Below, piece after piece: positions 51,135-64,000 of a stretch of 64,000 nucleotides of DNA. Made by a program: the position numbers and the translations under genes. Below the pieces are notes generated by a model, which saw only the letters and a program-made list of their open reading frames with translations, did not search any database and was not told the origin of the DNA. The stretch lies in NCBI GenBank assembly GCA_964016885.1, contig OZ024757.1:12834001-12898000 (forward strand). Reading direction: 5' to 3'. Every line of letters starts with the position of its first letter. The stretch's first letter is position 1. The DNA comes from Eledone cirrhosa. Lineage: Eukaryota.

Positions 51135-54100
51135 ATAAAAAAATTGATTATATAAGGTTTTCGAAAAAAATTAATATGCGTTTTTCAAATTGCGTTTTTC
51201 GAAATATTAACTTCTGATTTTGAAAACTTATTTTTTTAGGTTTTTCGAAAAAAATTTAATCTGCAAAATTTGAAACCAGAAAGTAAATATTTCAAAAACC
51301 ATTAATATTTTACGTTTTTTATTAGATAGAAAAACGTAAAAAGATTAATGCAGAAATATATATTTCGACTATGAACTCACATTCATTCTTTTTCGAAAAA
51401 CCTAAAAAAATTGATTATATAAGGTTTTCGAAAAACCTAAAAAAATCAATATTTGAAATCAGATATAAATATTTATAAAAAAATTGATTATATAAGGTTT
51501 TCGAAAAAAAATTAATATGCGTTTTTCAAATTGCGTTTTTCGAAATATTAACTTCTGATTTCGAAAACTGATTTTTTTAGGTTTTTCGAAAAAAATTTAA
51601 TCTGCAAAATTTGAAACCAGAAAGTAGATATTTCGAAAGATTTGTAAAAGCATTAATTTTTTACGTTTTTTTTAAATTTCGAAAATGCTAACAATCAGAA
51701 AAACGTAAAAAGATTAATGCAGAAGTATATATTTCGACTATGAACTCACATTCATTCTTTTTCGAAAAACCTAAAAAAATCAATATTTGAAATCAGATAT
51801 AAATATTTCTAAAAGTATAAAAAAATTGATTATATAAAAAAATATTGATTATATAAAAAATATTGATTATATAAAATAATTATTTTTCGAAAAAAAATTA
51901 ATATGCGTTTTTCAAATTGCGTTTTTTGAAATATTAACTTCTGATTTCGAAAACTGATTTTTTTAGGTTTTTCGAAAAAAATTTAATCTGCAAAATTTGA
52001 AACCAGACAGTAGATATTTCGAAAGATTTGTAAAAGCATTAATTTTTTACGTTTTTTTTAGATTTCGAAACATGCAAAATGTAAAAAGATTAATACAGAA
52101 ACATGAAAAATGTAAAAAGATTAATACAGAAGTATATATTTCGACTATGAACTCAGATTCATTCTTTTTCGAAAAACCTAAAAAAATCAATATTTGAAAT
52201 CAGATATAAATATTTCTAAAAGTATAAAAAAATTGATTATATAAAAAAATATTGATTATATAAAAAATATTGATTATATAAAAAAATTATTTTTCGAAAA
52301 AAAATTAATATGCGTTTTTCAAATTGCGTTTTTCGAAATATTAACTTCTGATTTCGAAAACTGATTTTTTTAGGTTTTTCGAAAAAAATTTAATCTGCAA
52401 AATTTGAAACCAGAAAGTAGATATTTCGAAAGATTTGTAAAAGCATTAATTTTTTACGTTTTTTTTAGATTTCGAAACATGCAAAATGTAAAAAGATTAA
52501 TACAGAAACATGAAAAATGTAAAAAGATTAATACAGAAGTATATATTTCGACTATGAACTCAGATTCATTCTTTTTCGAAAAACCTAAAAAAATTGATTA
52601 TATAAGGTTTTCGAAAAACCTAAAAAAATCAATATTTGAAATCAGATATAAATATTTCTAAAAGTATAAAAAAATTGATTATATAAGGTTTTCGAAAAAA
52701 AATTAATATGCGTTTTTCAAATTGCGTTTTTCGAACTTCTGATTTCGAAAACTGATTTTTTTAGGTTTTTTGAAAAAAATTTAATCTGCAAAATTTGAAA
52801 CCAGAAAGTAAATATTTCGAAAGATTTGTAAAAGCATGTTTTTTTTACGTTTTCGAAACATGCAAAAAATCAGAAAAAGATTAATACAGAAGTATATATT
52901 TCGACTATGAACTCACATTCATTCTTTTTCGAAAAACCTAAAAAAATTGATTATATAAGGTTTTCGAAAAACCTAAAAAAATCAATATTTGAAATCAGAT
53001 ATAAATATTTCTAAAAGTATAAAAAAATTGATTATATAAAAAAATATTGATTATATAAAAAATATTGATTATATAAAAAAATTATTTTTCGAAACAAAAT
53101 TAATATGCGTTTTTGAAATTGCGTTTTTCGAAATATTAACTGCTGATTTCGAAAACTGATTTTTTTAGGTTTTTCGAAAAAAATTTAATCTGCAAAACTT
53201 GAAACCAGAAAGTAGATATTTCGAAAGATTTGTAAAAGCATTAATTTTTTACGTTTTTTTTAGATTTCGAAACACGCAAAATGTAAAAAGATTAATACAG
53301 AAACATGAAAAATGTAAAAAGATTAATACAGAAGTATATATTTCGACTATGAACTCAGATTCATTCTTTTTCGAAAAACCTAAAAAAATTGATTATATAA
53401 GGTTTTCGAAAAACCTAAAAAAATCAATATTTGAAATCAGATATAAATATTTATAAAAAAATTGATTATATAAGGTTTTCAAAAAAAATTAATATGCGTT
53501 TTTCAAATTGCGTTTTTCGAAATATTAACTTCTAATTTCGAAAACTTATTTTTTTAGGTTTTTCGAAAAAAATTTAATCTGCAAATTTTGAAACCAGAAA
53601 GTAGATATTTCGAAAGATTTGTAAAAGCATTAATTTTTTACGTTTTTTTTAGATTTCGAAACATGCAAAATGTAAAAAGATTAATACAGAAACATGAAAA
53701 ATGTAAAAAGATTAATACAGAAGTATATATTTCGACTATGAACTCAGATTCATTCTTTTTCGAAAAACCTAAAAAAATCAATATTTGAAATCAGATATAA
53801 ATATTTCTAAAAGTATAAAAAAAATTGATTATATAAGGTTTTCGAAAAAAAATTAATATGCGTTTTTCAAATTGCGTTTTTCGAACTTCTGATTTCGAAA
53901 ACTTATTTTTTTAGGTTTTTCGAAAAAAATTTAATCTGCAAAATTTGAAACCAGAAAGTAAATATTTCGAAAGATTTGTAAAAGCATGTTTTTTTTACGT
54001 TTTCGAAACATGCAAAAAATCAGAAAAAGATTAATACAGAAGTATATATTTCGACTATGAACTCAAATTCATTTTTGTTCGAAAAACCTAAAAAAAAATT

Positions 54101-57100
54101 GATTATATAAGGTTTTCGAAAAGAATTAATATACGTTTTTCAAATTGCGTTTTTCGAAATATTAACTTCTGATTTCGAAAACTTATTTTTTTAGGTTTTT
54201 CGAAAAAAATTTAATCTGCAAAATTTGAAACCAGAAAGTAGATATTTCGAAAGATTTGTAAAATCATTAATTTTTTACGTTTTTTTTTAGATTTCGAAAC
54301 ATGCAAAATGTAAAAAGATTAATACAGAAACATGAAAAATGTAAAAAGATTAATACAGAAGTATATATTTCGACTATGAACTCAGATTCATTCTTTTTCG
54401 AAAAACCTAAAAAAATTGATTATATAAGGTTTTCGAAAAACCTAAAAATATCAATATTTGAAATCAGATATAAATATTTATAAAAAAATTGATTATATAA
54501 GGTTTTCGAAAAAAAATTAATATGCCTTTTTCAAATTGCGTTTTTCGAAATATTAACTTCTGATTTCGAAAACTGATTTTTTTAGGTTTTTCGAAAAAAA
54601 TTTAATCTGCAAAATTTGAAACCAGAAAGTAGATATTTCGAAAGATTTGTAAAAGCATTAATTTTTTACGTTTTTTTTAGATTTCGAAAATGCTAACAAT
54701 CAGAAAAACATAAAAAGATTAATGCAGAAGTATATATTTCGACTATGAACTCACATTCATTCTTTTTCGAAAAACCTAAAAAAATTGATTATATAAGGTT
54801 TTCGAAAAACCTAAAAAAATCAATATTTGAAATCAGATATAAATATTTATAAAAAAATTGATTATATAAGGTTTTCAAAAAAAATTAATATGCGTTTTTC
54901 AAATTGCGTTTTTCGAAATATTAACTTCTGATTTCGAAAACTTATTTTTTTAGGTTTTTCGAAAAAAATTTAATCTGCAAAATTTGAAACCAGAGAGTTT
55001 CGAAAGATTTGTAGAAGCATATTTTTTTTACGTTTTCGAAAAATGCAAAAAATCAGAAAAAGATTAATACAGAAGTATATATTTCGACTATGAACTCACA
55101 TTCATTCTTTTTCGAAAAACCTAAAAAAATTGATTATATAAGGTTTTCGAAAAACCTAAAAAAATCAATATTTGAAATCAGATATAAATATTTATAAAAA
55201 AATTGATTATATAAGGTTTTCAAAAAAAATTAATATGCGTTTTTCAAATTGCGTTTTTCGAAATATTAACTTCTGATTTCGAAAACTTATTTTTTTAGGT
55301 TTTTCGAAAAAAATTTAATCTGCAAAATTTGAAACCAGAAAGTAAATATTTCGAAAGATTTGTAAAAGCATGTTTTTTTTACGTTTTCGAAACATGCAAA
55401 AAATCAGAAAAAGATTAATACAGAAGTATATATTTCGACTATGAACTCACATTCATTCTTTTTCGAAAAACCTAAAAAAATTGATTATATAAGGTTTTCG
55501 AAAAACCTAAAAAAATCAATATTTGAAATCAGATATAAATATTTATAAAAAAATTGATTATATAAGGTTTTCAAAAAAAATTAATATGCGTTTTTCAAAT
55601 TGCGTTTTTCGAAATATTAACTTCTGATTTCGAAAACTTATTTTTTTAGGTTTTTCGAAAAAAATTTAATCTGCAAAATTTGAAACCAGAAAGTAAATAT
55701 TTCGAAAGATTTGTAAAAGCATGTTTTTTTTACGTTTTCGAAACATGCAAAAAATCAGAAAAAGATTAATACAGAAGTATATATTTCGACTATGAACTCA
55801 CATTCATTCTTTTTCGAAAAACCTAAAAAAATCAATATTTGAAATCAGATATAAATATTTATAAAAAAATTGATTATATAAGGTTTTCGAAAAAAATTAA
55901 TATGCGTTTTTCAAATTGCGTTTTTCGAAATATTAACATCTGATTTCGAAAACTTATTTTTTTAGGTTTTTCGAAAAAAATTTAATCTGCAAAATTTGAA
56001 ACCAGAAAGTTTCGAAAGATTTGTAAAAGCATGTTTTTTTTACGTTTTCGAAACATGCAAAAAATCAGAAAAAGATTAATACAGAAATATATATTTCGAC
56101 TATGAACTCACATTCATTCTTTTTCGAAAAACCTAAAAAAATTGATTATATAAGGTTTTCGAAAAACCTAAAAATATCAATATTTGAAATCAGATATAAA
56201 TATTTATACAAAAATTGATTATATAAGGTTTTCGAAAAAAAATTAATATGCGTTTTTCAAATTGCGTTTTTCGAAATATTAACTTCTGATTTCGAAAACT
56301 GATTTTTTTAGGTTTTTCGAAAAAAATTTAATCTGCAAAATTTGAAACCAGAAAGTAGATATTTCGAAAGATTTGTAAAAGCATTAATTTTTTACGTTTT
56401 TTTTTAGATTTCGAAACATGCAAAATGTAAAAAGATTAATACAGAAACATGAAAAATGTAAAAAGATTAATACAGAAGTATATATTTCGACTATGAACTC
56501 AGATTCATTCTTTTTCGAAAAACCTAAAAAAATTGATTATATAAGGTTTTCGAAAAACCTAAAAAAATCAATATTTGAAATCAGATATAAATATTTATAA
56601 AAAAATTGATTATATAAGGTTTTCAAAAAAAATTAATATGCGTTTTTCAAATTGCGTTTTTCGAAATATTAACTTCTGATTTCGAAAACTTATTTTTTTA
56701 GGTTTTTCGAAAAAAATTTAATCTGCAAAATTTGAAACCAGAGAGTTTCGAAAGATTTGTAGAAGCATATTTTTTTTACGTTTTCGAAAAATGCAAAAAA
56801 TCAGAAAAAGATTAATACAGAAGTATATATTTCGACTATGAACTCACATTCATTCTTTTTCGAAAAACCTAAAAAAATTGATTATATAAGGTTTTCGAAA
56901 AACCTAAAAAAATCAATATTTGAAATCAGATATAAATATTTATAAAAAAATTGATTATATAAGGTTTTCGAAAAAAATTAATATGCGTTTTTCAAATTGC
57001 GTTTTTCGAAATATTAACTTCTGATTTCGAAAACTTATTTTTTTAGGTTTTTCGAAAAAAATTTAATCTGCAAAATTTGAAACCAGAAAGTAGATATTTC

Positions 57101-60100
57101 GAAAGATTTGTAAAAGCATTAATTTTTTACGTTTTTTTTTAGATTTCGAAACATGCAAAATGTAAAAAGATTAATACAGAAACATGAAAAATGTAAAAAG
57201 ATTAATACAGAAGTATATATTTCGACTATGAACTCAGATTCATTCTTTTTCGAAAAACCTAAAAAAATTGATTATATAAGGTTTTCGAAAAACCTAAAAA
57301 TATCAATATTTGAAATCAGATATAAATATTTATAAAAAAAATTGATTATATAAGGTTTTCGAAAAAAAATTAATATGCGTTTTTCAAATTGCGTTTTTCG
57401 AAATATTAACTTCTGATTTCGAAAACTGATTTTTTTAGGTTTTTCGAAAAAAATTTAATCTGCAAAATTTGAAACCAGAAAGTAGATATTTCGAAAGATT
57501 TGTAAAAGCATTAATTTTTTACGTTTTTTTTAGATTTCGAAAATGCTAACAATCAGAAAAACGTAAAAAGATTAATGCAGAAGTATATATTTCGACTATG
57601 AACTCACATTCATTCTTTTTCGAAAAACCTAAAAAAATTGATTATATAAGGTTTTCGAAAAACCTAAAAAAATCAATATTTGAAATCAGATATAAATATT
57701 TCTAAAAGTATAAAAAAATTGATTATATAAAAAAATATTGATTATATAAAAAATATTGATTATATAAAAAAATTATTTTTCGAAAAAAAATTAATATGCG
57801 TTTTTCAAGTTGCGTTTTTCGAAATATTAACTTCTGATTTCGAAAACTGAATTTTTTAGGTTTTTCGAAAAAAATTTAATCTGCAAAATTTGAAACCAGA
57901 AAGTAGATATTTCGAAAGATTTGTAAAAGCATTAATTTTTTACGTTTTTTTTTAGATTTCGAAACATGCAAAATGTAAAAAGATTAATACAGAAACATGA
58001 AAAATGTAAAAAGATTAATACAGAAGTATATATTTCGACTATGAACTCAGATTCATTCTTTTTCGAAAAACCTAAAAAAATTGATTATATAAGGTTTTCG
58101 AAAAACCTAAAAAAATCAATATTTGAAATCAGATATAAATATTTATAAAAAAATTGATTATATAAGGTTTTCAAAAAAAATTAATATGCGTTTTTCAAAT
58201 TGCGTTTTTCGAAATATTAACTTCTGATTTCGAAAACTTATTTTTTTAGGTTTTTCGAAAAAAATTTAATCTGCAAAATTTGAAACCAGAAAGTAAATAT
58301 TTCGAAAGATTTGTAAAAGCATGTTTTTTTTACGTTTTCGAAACATGCAAAAAATCAGAAAAAGATTAATACAGAAGTATATATTTCGACTATGAACTCA
58401 CATTCATTCTTTTTCGAAAAAACCTAAAAAAATCAATATTTGAAATCAGATATAAATATTTATAAAAAAATTGATTATATAAGGTTTTCGAAAAAAATTA
58501 ATATGCGTTTTTCAAATTGCGTTTTTCGAAATATTAACTTCTGATTTCGAAAACTTATTTTTTTAGGTTTTTCGAAAAAAATTTAATCTGCAAAATTTGA
58601 AACCAGAAAGTTTCGAAAGATTTGTAAAAGCATGTTTTTTTTACGTTTTCGAAACATGCAAAAAATCAGAAAAAGATTAATACAGAAGTATATATTTCGA
58701 CTATGAACTCACATTCATTCTTTTTCGAAAAACCTAAAAAAATTGATTATATAAGGTTTTCGAAAAACCTAAAAAAATCAATATTTGAAATCAGATATAA
58801 ATATTTATAAAAAAATTGATTATATAAGGTTTTCGAAAAAAATTAATATGCGTTTTTCAAATTGCGTTTTTCGAAATATTAACTTCTGATTTCGAAAACT
58901 TATTTTTTTAGGTTTTTCGAAAAAAATTTAATCTGAAAAATTTGAAACCAGAAAGTAGATATTTCGAAAGATTTGTAAAAGCATTAATTTTTTACGTTTT
59001 TTTTTAGATTTCGAAACATGCAAAATGTAAAAAGATTAATACAGAAACATGAAAAATGTAAAAAGATTAATACAGAAGTATATATTTCGACTATGAACTC
59101 ACATTCATTCTTTTTCGAAAAACCTAAAAAAATTGATTATATAAGGTTTTCGAAAAACCTAAAAAAATCAATATTTGAAATCAGATATAAATATTTATAA
59201 AAAAATTGATTATATAAGGTTTTCAAAAAAAATTAATATGCGTTTTTCAAATTGCGTTTTTCGAAATATTAACTTCTGATTTCGAAAACTTATTTTTTTA
59301 GGTTTTTCGAAAAAAATTTAATCTGCAAAATTTGAAACCAGAAAGTAAATATTTCGAAAGATTTGTAAAAGCATGTTTTTTTTACGTTTTCGAAACATGC
59401 AAAAAATCAGAAAAAGATTAATACAGAAGTATATATTTCGACTATGAACTCACATTCATTCTTTTTCGAAAAACCTAAAAAAATCAATATTTGAAATCAG
59501 ATATAAATATTTATAAAAAAATTGATTATATAAGGTTTTCGAAAAAAATTAATATGCGTTTTTCAAATTGCGTTTTTCGAAATATTAACTTCTGATTTCG
59601 AAAACTTATTTTTTTAGGTTTTTCGAAAAAAATTTAAACTGCAAAATTTGAAACCAGAAAGTTTCGAAAGATTTGTAAAAGCATGTTTTTTTTACGTTTT
59701 CGAAACATGCAAAAAATCAGAAAAAGATTAATACAGAAGTATATATTTCGACTATGAACTCACATTCATTCTTTTTCGAAAAACCTAAAAAAATTGATTA
59801 TATAAGGTTTTCGAAAAACCTAAAAAAATCAATATTTGAAATCAGATATAAATATTTATAAAAAAATTGATTATATAAGGTTTTCGAAAAAAATTAATAT
59901 GCGTTTTTCAAATTGCGTTTTTCGAAATATTAACTTCTGATTTCGAAAACTTATTTTTTTAGGTTTTTCGAAAAAAATTTAATCTGCAAAATTTGAAACC
60001 AGAAAGTAGATATTTCGAAAGATTTGTAAAAGCATTAATTTTTTACGTTTTTTTTTAGATTTCGAAACATGCAAAATGTAAAAAGATTAATACAGAAACA

Positions 60101-63100
60101 TGAAAAATGTAAAAAGATTAATACAGAAGTATATATTTCGACTATGAACTCAGATTCATTCTTTTTCGAAAAACCTAAAAAAATTGATTATATAAGGTTT
60201 TCGAAAAACCTAAAAAAATCAATATTTGAAATCAGATATAAATATTTATAAAAAAATTGATTATATAAGGTTTTCAAAAAAAATTAATATGCGTTTTTCA
60301 AATTGCGTTTTTCGAAATATTAACTTCTGATTTCGAAAACTTATTTTTTTAGGTTTTTCGAAAAAAATTTAATCTGCAAAATTTGAAACCAGAAAGTAGA
60401 TATTTCGAAAGATTTGTAAAAGCATTAATTTTTTACGTTTTTTTTTAGATTTCGAAACATGCAAAATGTAAAAAGATTAATACAGAAACATGAAAAATGT
60501 AAAAAGATTAATACAGAAGTATATATTTCGACTATGAACTCAGATTCATTCTTTTTCGAAAAACCTAAAAAAATTGATTATATAAGGTTTTCGAAAAACC
60601 TAAAAAAATCAATATTTGAAATCAGATATAAATATTTATAAAAAAATTGATTATATAAGGTTTTCAAAAAAAATTAATATGCGTTTTTCAAATTGCGTTT
60701 TTCGAAATATTAACTTCTGATTTCGAAAACTTATTTTTTTAGGTTTTTCGAAAAAAATTTAATCTGCAAAATTTGAAACCAGAAAGTAAATATTTCGAAA
60801 GATTTGTAAAAGCATGTTTTTTTTACGTTTTCGAAACATGCAAAAAATCAGAAAAAGATTAATACAGAAGTATATATTTCGACTATGAACTCACATTCAT
60901 TCTTTTTCGAAAAAACCTAAAAAAATCAATATTTGAAATCAGATATAAATATTTATAAAAAAATTGATTATATAAGGTTTTCGAAAAAAATTAATATGCG
61001 TTTTTCAAATTGCGTTTTTCGAAATATTAACTTCTGATTTCGAAAACTTATTTTTTTAGGTTTTTCGAAAAAAATTTAATCTGCAAAATTTGAAACCAGA
61101 AAGTTTCGAAAGATTTGTAAAAGCATGTTTTTTTTACGTTTTCGAAACATGCAAAAAATCAGAAAAAGATTAATACAGAAGTATATATTTCGACTATGAA
61201 CTCACATTCATTCTTTTTCGAAAAACCTAAAAAAATTGATTATATAAGGTTTTCGAAAAACCTAAAAAAATCAATATTTGAAATCAGATATAAATATTTA
61301 TAAAAAAATTGATTATATAAGGTTTTCGAAAAAAATTAATATGCGTTTTTCAAATTGCGTTTTTCGAAATATTAACTTCTGATTTCGAAAACTTATTTTT
61401 TTAGGTTTTTCGAAAAAAATTTAATCTGAAAAATTTGAAACCAGAAAGTAGATATTTCGAAAGATTTGTAAAAGCATTAATTTTTTACGTTTTTTTTTAG
61501 ATTTCGAAACATGCAAAATGTAAAAAGATTAATACAGAAACATGAAAAATGTAAAAAGATTAATACAGAAGTATATATTTCGACTATGAACTCACATTCA
61601 TTCTTTTTCGAAAAACCTAAAAAAATTGATTATATAAGGTTTTCGAAAAACCTAAAAAAATCAATATTTGAAATCAGATATAAATATTTATAAAAAAAAT
61701 TGATTATATAAGGTTTTCAAAAAAAATTAATATGCGTTTTTCAAATTGCGTTTTTCGAAATATTAACTTCTGATTTCGAAAACTTATTTTTTTAGGTTTT
61801 TCGAAAAAAATTTAATCTGCAAAATTTGAAACCAGAAAGTAAATATTTCGAAAGATTTGTAAAAGCATGTTTTTTTTACGTTTTCGAAACATGCAAAAAA
61901 TCAGAAAAAGATTAATACAGAAGTATATATTTCGACTATGAACTCACATTCATTCTTTTTCGAAAAACCTAAAAAAATCAATATTTGAAATCAGATATAA
62001 ATATTTATAAAAAAATTGATTATATAAGGTTTTCGAAAAAAATTAATATGCGTTTTTCAAATTGCGTTTTTCGAAATATTAACTTCTGATTTCGAAAACT
62101 TATTTTTTTAGGTTTTTCGAAAAAAATTTAATCTGCAAAATTTGAAACCAGAAAGTTTCGAAAGATTTGTAAAAGCATGTTTTTTTTACGTTTTCGAAAC
62201 ATGCAAAAAATCAGAAAAAGATTAATACAGAAGTATATATTTCGACTATGAACTCACATTCATTCTTTTTCGAAAAACCTAAAAAAATTGATTATATAAG
62301 GTTTTCGAAAAACCTAAAAAAATCAATATTTGAAATCAGATATAAATATTTATAAAAAAATTGATTATATAAGGTTTTCGAAAAAAATTAATATGCGTTT
62401 TTCAAATTGCGTTTTTCGAAATATTAACTTCTGATTTCGAAAACTTATTTTTTTAGGTTTTTCGAAAAAAATTTAATCTGCAAAATTTGAAACCAGAAAG
62501 TAGATATTTCGAAAGATTTGTAAAAGCATTAATTTTTTACGTTTTTTTTTAGATTTCGAAACATGCAAAATGTAAAAAGATTAATACAGAAACATGAAAA
62601 ATGTAAAAAGATTAATACAGAAGTATATATTTCGACTATGAACTCAGATTCATTCTTTTTCGAAAAACCTAAAAAAATTGATTATATAAGGTTTTCGAAA
62701 AACCTAAAAAAATCAATATTTGAAATCAGATATAAATATTTATAAAAAAATTGATTATATAAGGTTTTCAAAAAAAATTAATATGCGTTTTTCAAATTGC
62801 GTTTTTCGAAATATTAACTTCTGATTTCGAAAACTTATTTTTTTAGGTTTTTCGAAAAAAATTTAATCTGCAAAATTTGAAACCAGAAAGTAGATATTTC
62901 GAAAGATTTGTAAAAGCATTAATTTTTTACGTTTTTTTTTAGATTTCGAAACATGCAAAATGTAAAAAGATTAATACAGAAACATGAAAAATGTAAAAAG
63001 ATTAATACAGAAGTATATATTTCGACTATGAACTCAGATTCATTCTTTTTCGAAAAACCTAAAAAAATTGATTATATAAGGTTTTCGAAAAACCTAAAAA

Positions 63101-64000
63101 AATCAATATTTGAAATCAGATATAAATATTTATAAAAAAATTGATTATATAAGGTTTTCAAAAAAAATTAATATGCGTTTTTCAAATTGCGTTTTTCGAA
63201 ATATTAACTTCTGATTTCGAAAACTTATTTTTTTAGGTTTTTCGAAAAAAATTTAATCTGCAAAATTTGAAACCAGAAAGTAAATATTTCGAAAGATTTG
63301 TAAAAGCATGTTTTTTTTACGTTTTCGAAACATGCAAAAAATCAGAAAAAGATTAATACAGAAGTATATATTTCGACTATGAACTCACATTCATTCTTTT
63401 TCGAAAAAACCTAAAAAAATCAATATTTGAAATCAGATATAAATATTTATAAAAAAATTGATTATATAAGGTTTTCGAAAAAAATTAATATGCGTTTTTC
63501 AAATTGCGTTTTTCGAAATATTAACTTCTGATTTCGAAAACTTATTTTTTTAGGTTTTTCGAAAAAAATTTAATCTTCAAAATTTGAAACCAGAGAGTTT
63601 CGAAAGATTTGTAAAAGCATGTTTTTTTTACGTTTTCGAAACATGCAAAAAATCAGAAAAAGATTAATACAGAAGTATATATTTCGACTATGAACTCACA
63701 TTCATTCTTTTTCGAAAAACCTAAAAAAATTGATTATATAAGGTTTTCGAAAAACCTAAAAAAATCAATATTTGAAATCAGATATAAATATTTATAAAAA
63801 AATTGATTATATAAGGTTTTCGAAAAAAATTAATATGCGTTTTTCAAATTGCGTTTTTCGAAATATTAACTTCTGATTTCGAAAACTTATTTTTTTAGGT
63901 TTTTCGAAAAAAATTTAATCTGCAAAATTTGAAACCAGAAAGTAGATATTTCGAAAGATTTGTAAAAGCATTAATTTTTTACGTTTTTTTTTAGATTTCG

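Larger units (their letters stand above)
32170..56745 (+). repeat. ~11.3-kb segment (~32.2-43.5 kb) duplicated at +13,271 (~45.4-56.7 kb)
   Basis: ORF landmarks from 32369 to 43147 recur at 45640 to 56418. Both copies share the fold-back palindrome and other rare variants. Breakpoints are approximate. Confidence 0.9.
12073..64000 (+). repeat. AT-rich satellite DNA array of ~310-425-bp monomers (~140 copies in the window) with nested higher-order repeats; it continues beyond the window
   Basis: Head-to-tail monomers start gatttcgaaacatgcaaaa. Measured spacings are 379+310+362=1051, 390, 389, 415 and 423. The ORF track shows recurring offsets of 1051/1052, 2493, 11,641 and 13,271. Confidence 0.98.

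Noticed and set aside
12818-63135. About 50 near-identical 60-96-aa K/F/I-rich ORFs (MQNVKRLIQKHEKCKK...) as a tandem gene family
   Set aside because: They are translations of one satellite monomer type. Their composition reflects A/T tracts, homopolymer length changes shift frames freely, and there is no domain, splice or promoter evidence. I used them only as landmarks.
12073-64000. CENP-B boxes or heat-shock elements in the satellite
   Set aside because: TTCG is abundant, but the CGGG half of the CENP-B box is absent. TTCGAA lacks the 2-bp spacing of nGAAnnTTCn heat-shock elements.

Overview
Eukaryotic, AT-rich animal DNA. The C2H2-finger style and the SINE/RTE/MITE repertoire resemble an octopus (coleoid cephalopod) genome; this is recognition from memory, not a database result. 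Zone 1 (1-9316) is repeat-dense euchromatin-like sequence. It holds microsatellites, tRNA-derived SINEs, Tc1/pogo- and piggyBac-type MITEs, several decayed RTE LINE fragments, a 61-bp minisatellite derived from an RTE ORF, and one C2H2 zinc-finger gene (7095-7445, three intact fingers followed by about six dead ones). Zone 2 (9317-12072) is a strand-asymmetric, G-rich, telomere-like ~32-bp satellite that abruptly truncates a LINE. Zone 3 (12073-64000, running off the window) is a ~21% GC satellite with ~310-425-bp monomers (mean ~364 bp). It has diverged edge monomers and nested higher-order repeats: a 1051/1052-bp 3-mer, a 2493-bp 7-mer, an 11,641-bp 32-mer, and long duplications at offsets 13,271, 18,365 and 30,583 bp. 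Its monomers carry a 39-bp inverted repeat and many TTCGAA dyads, and a template-switch fold-back palindrome occurs twice. The best candidate for something undescribed is a centromere- or subtelomere-type satellite domain and its boundary. The ~50 short repeated ORFs in the satellite are not considered genes.
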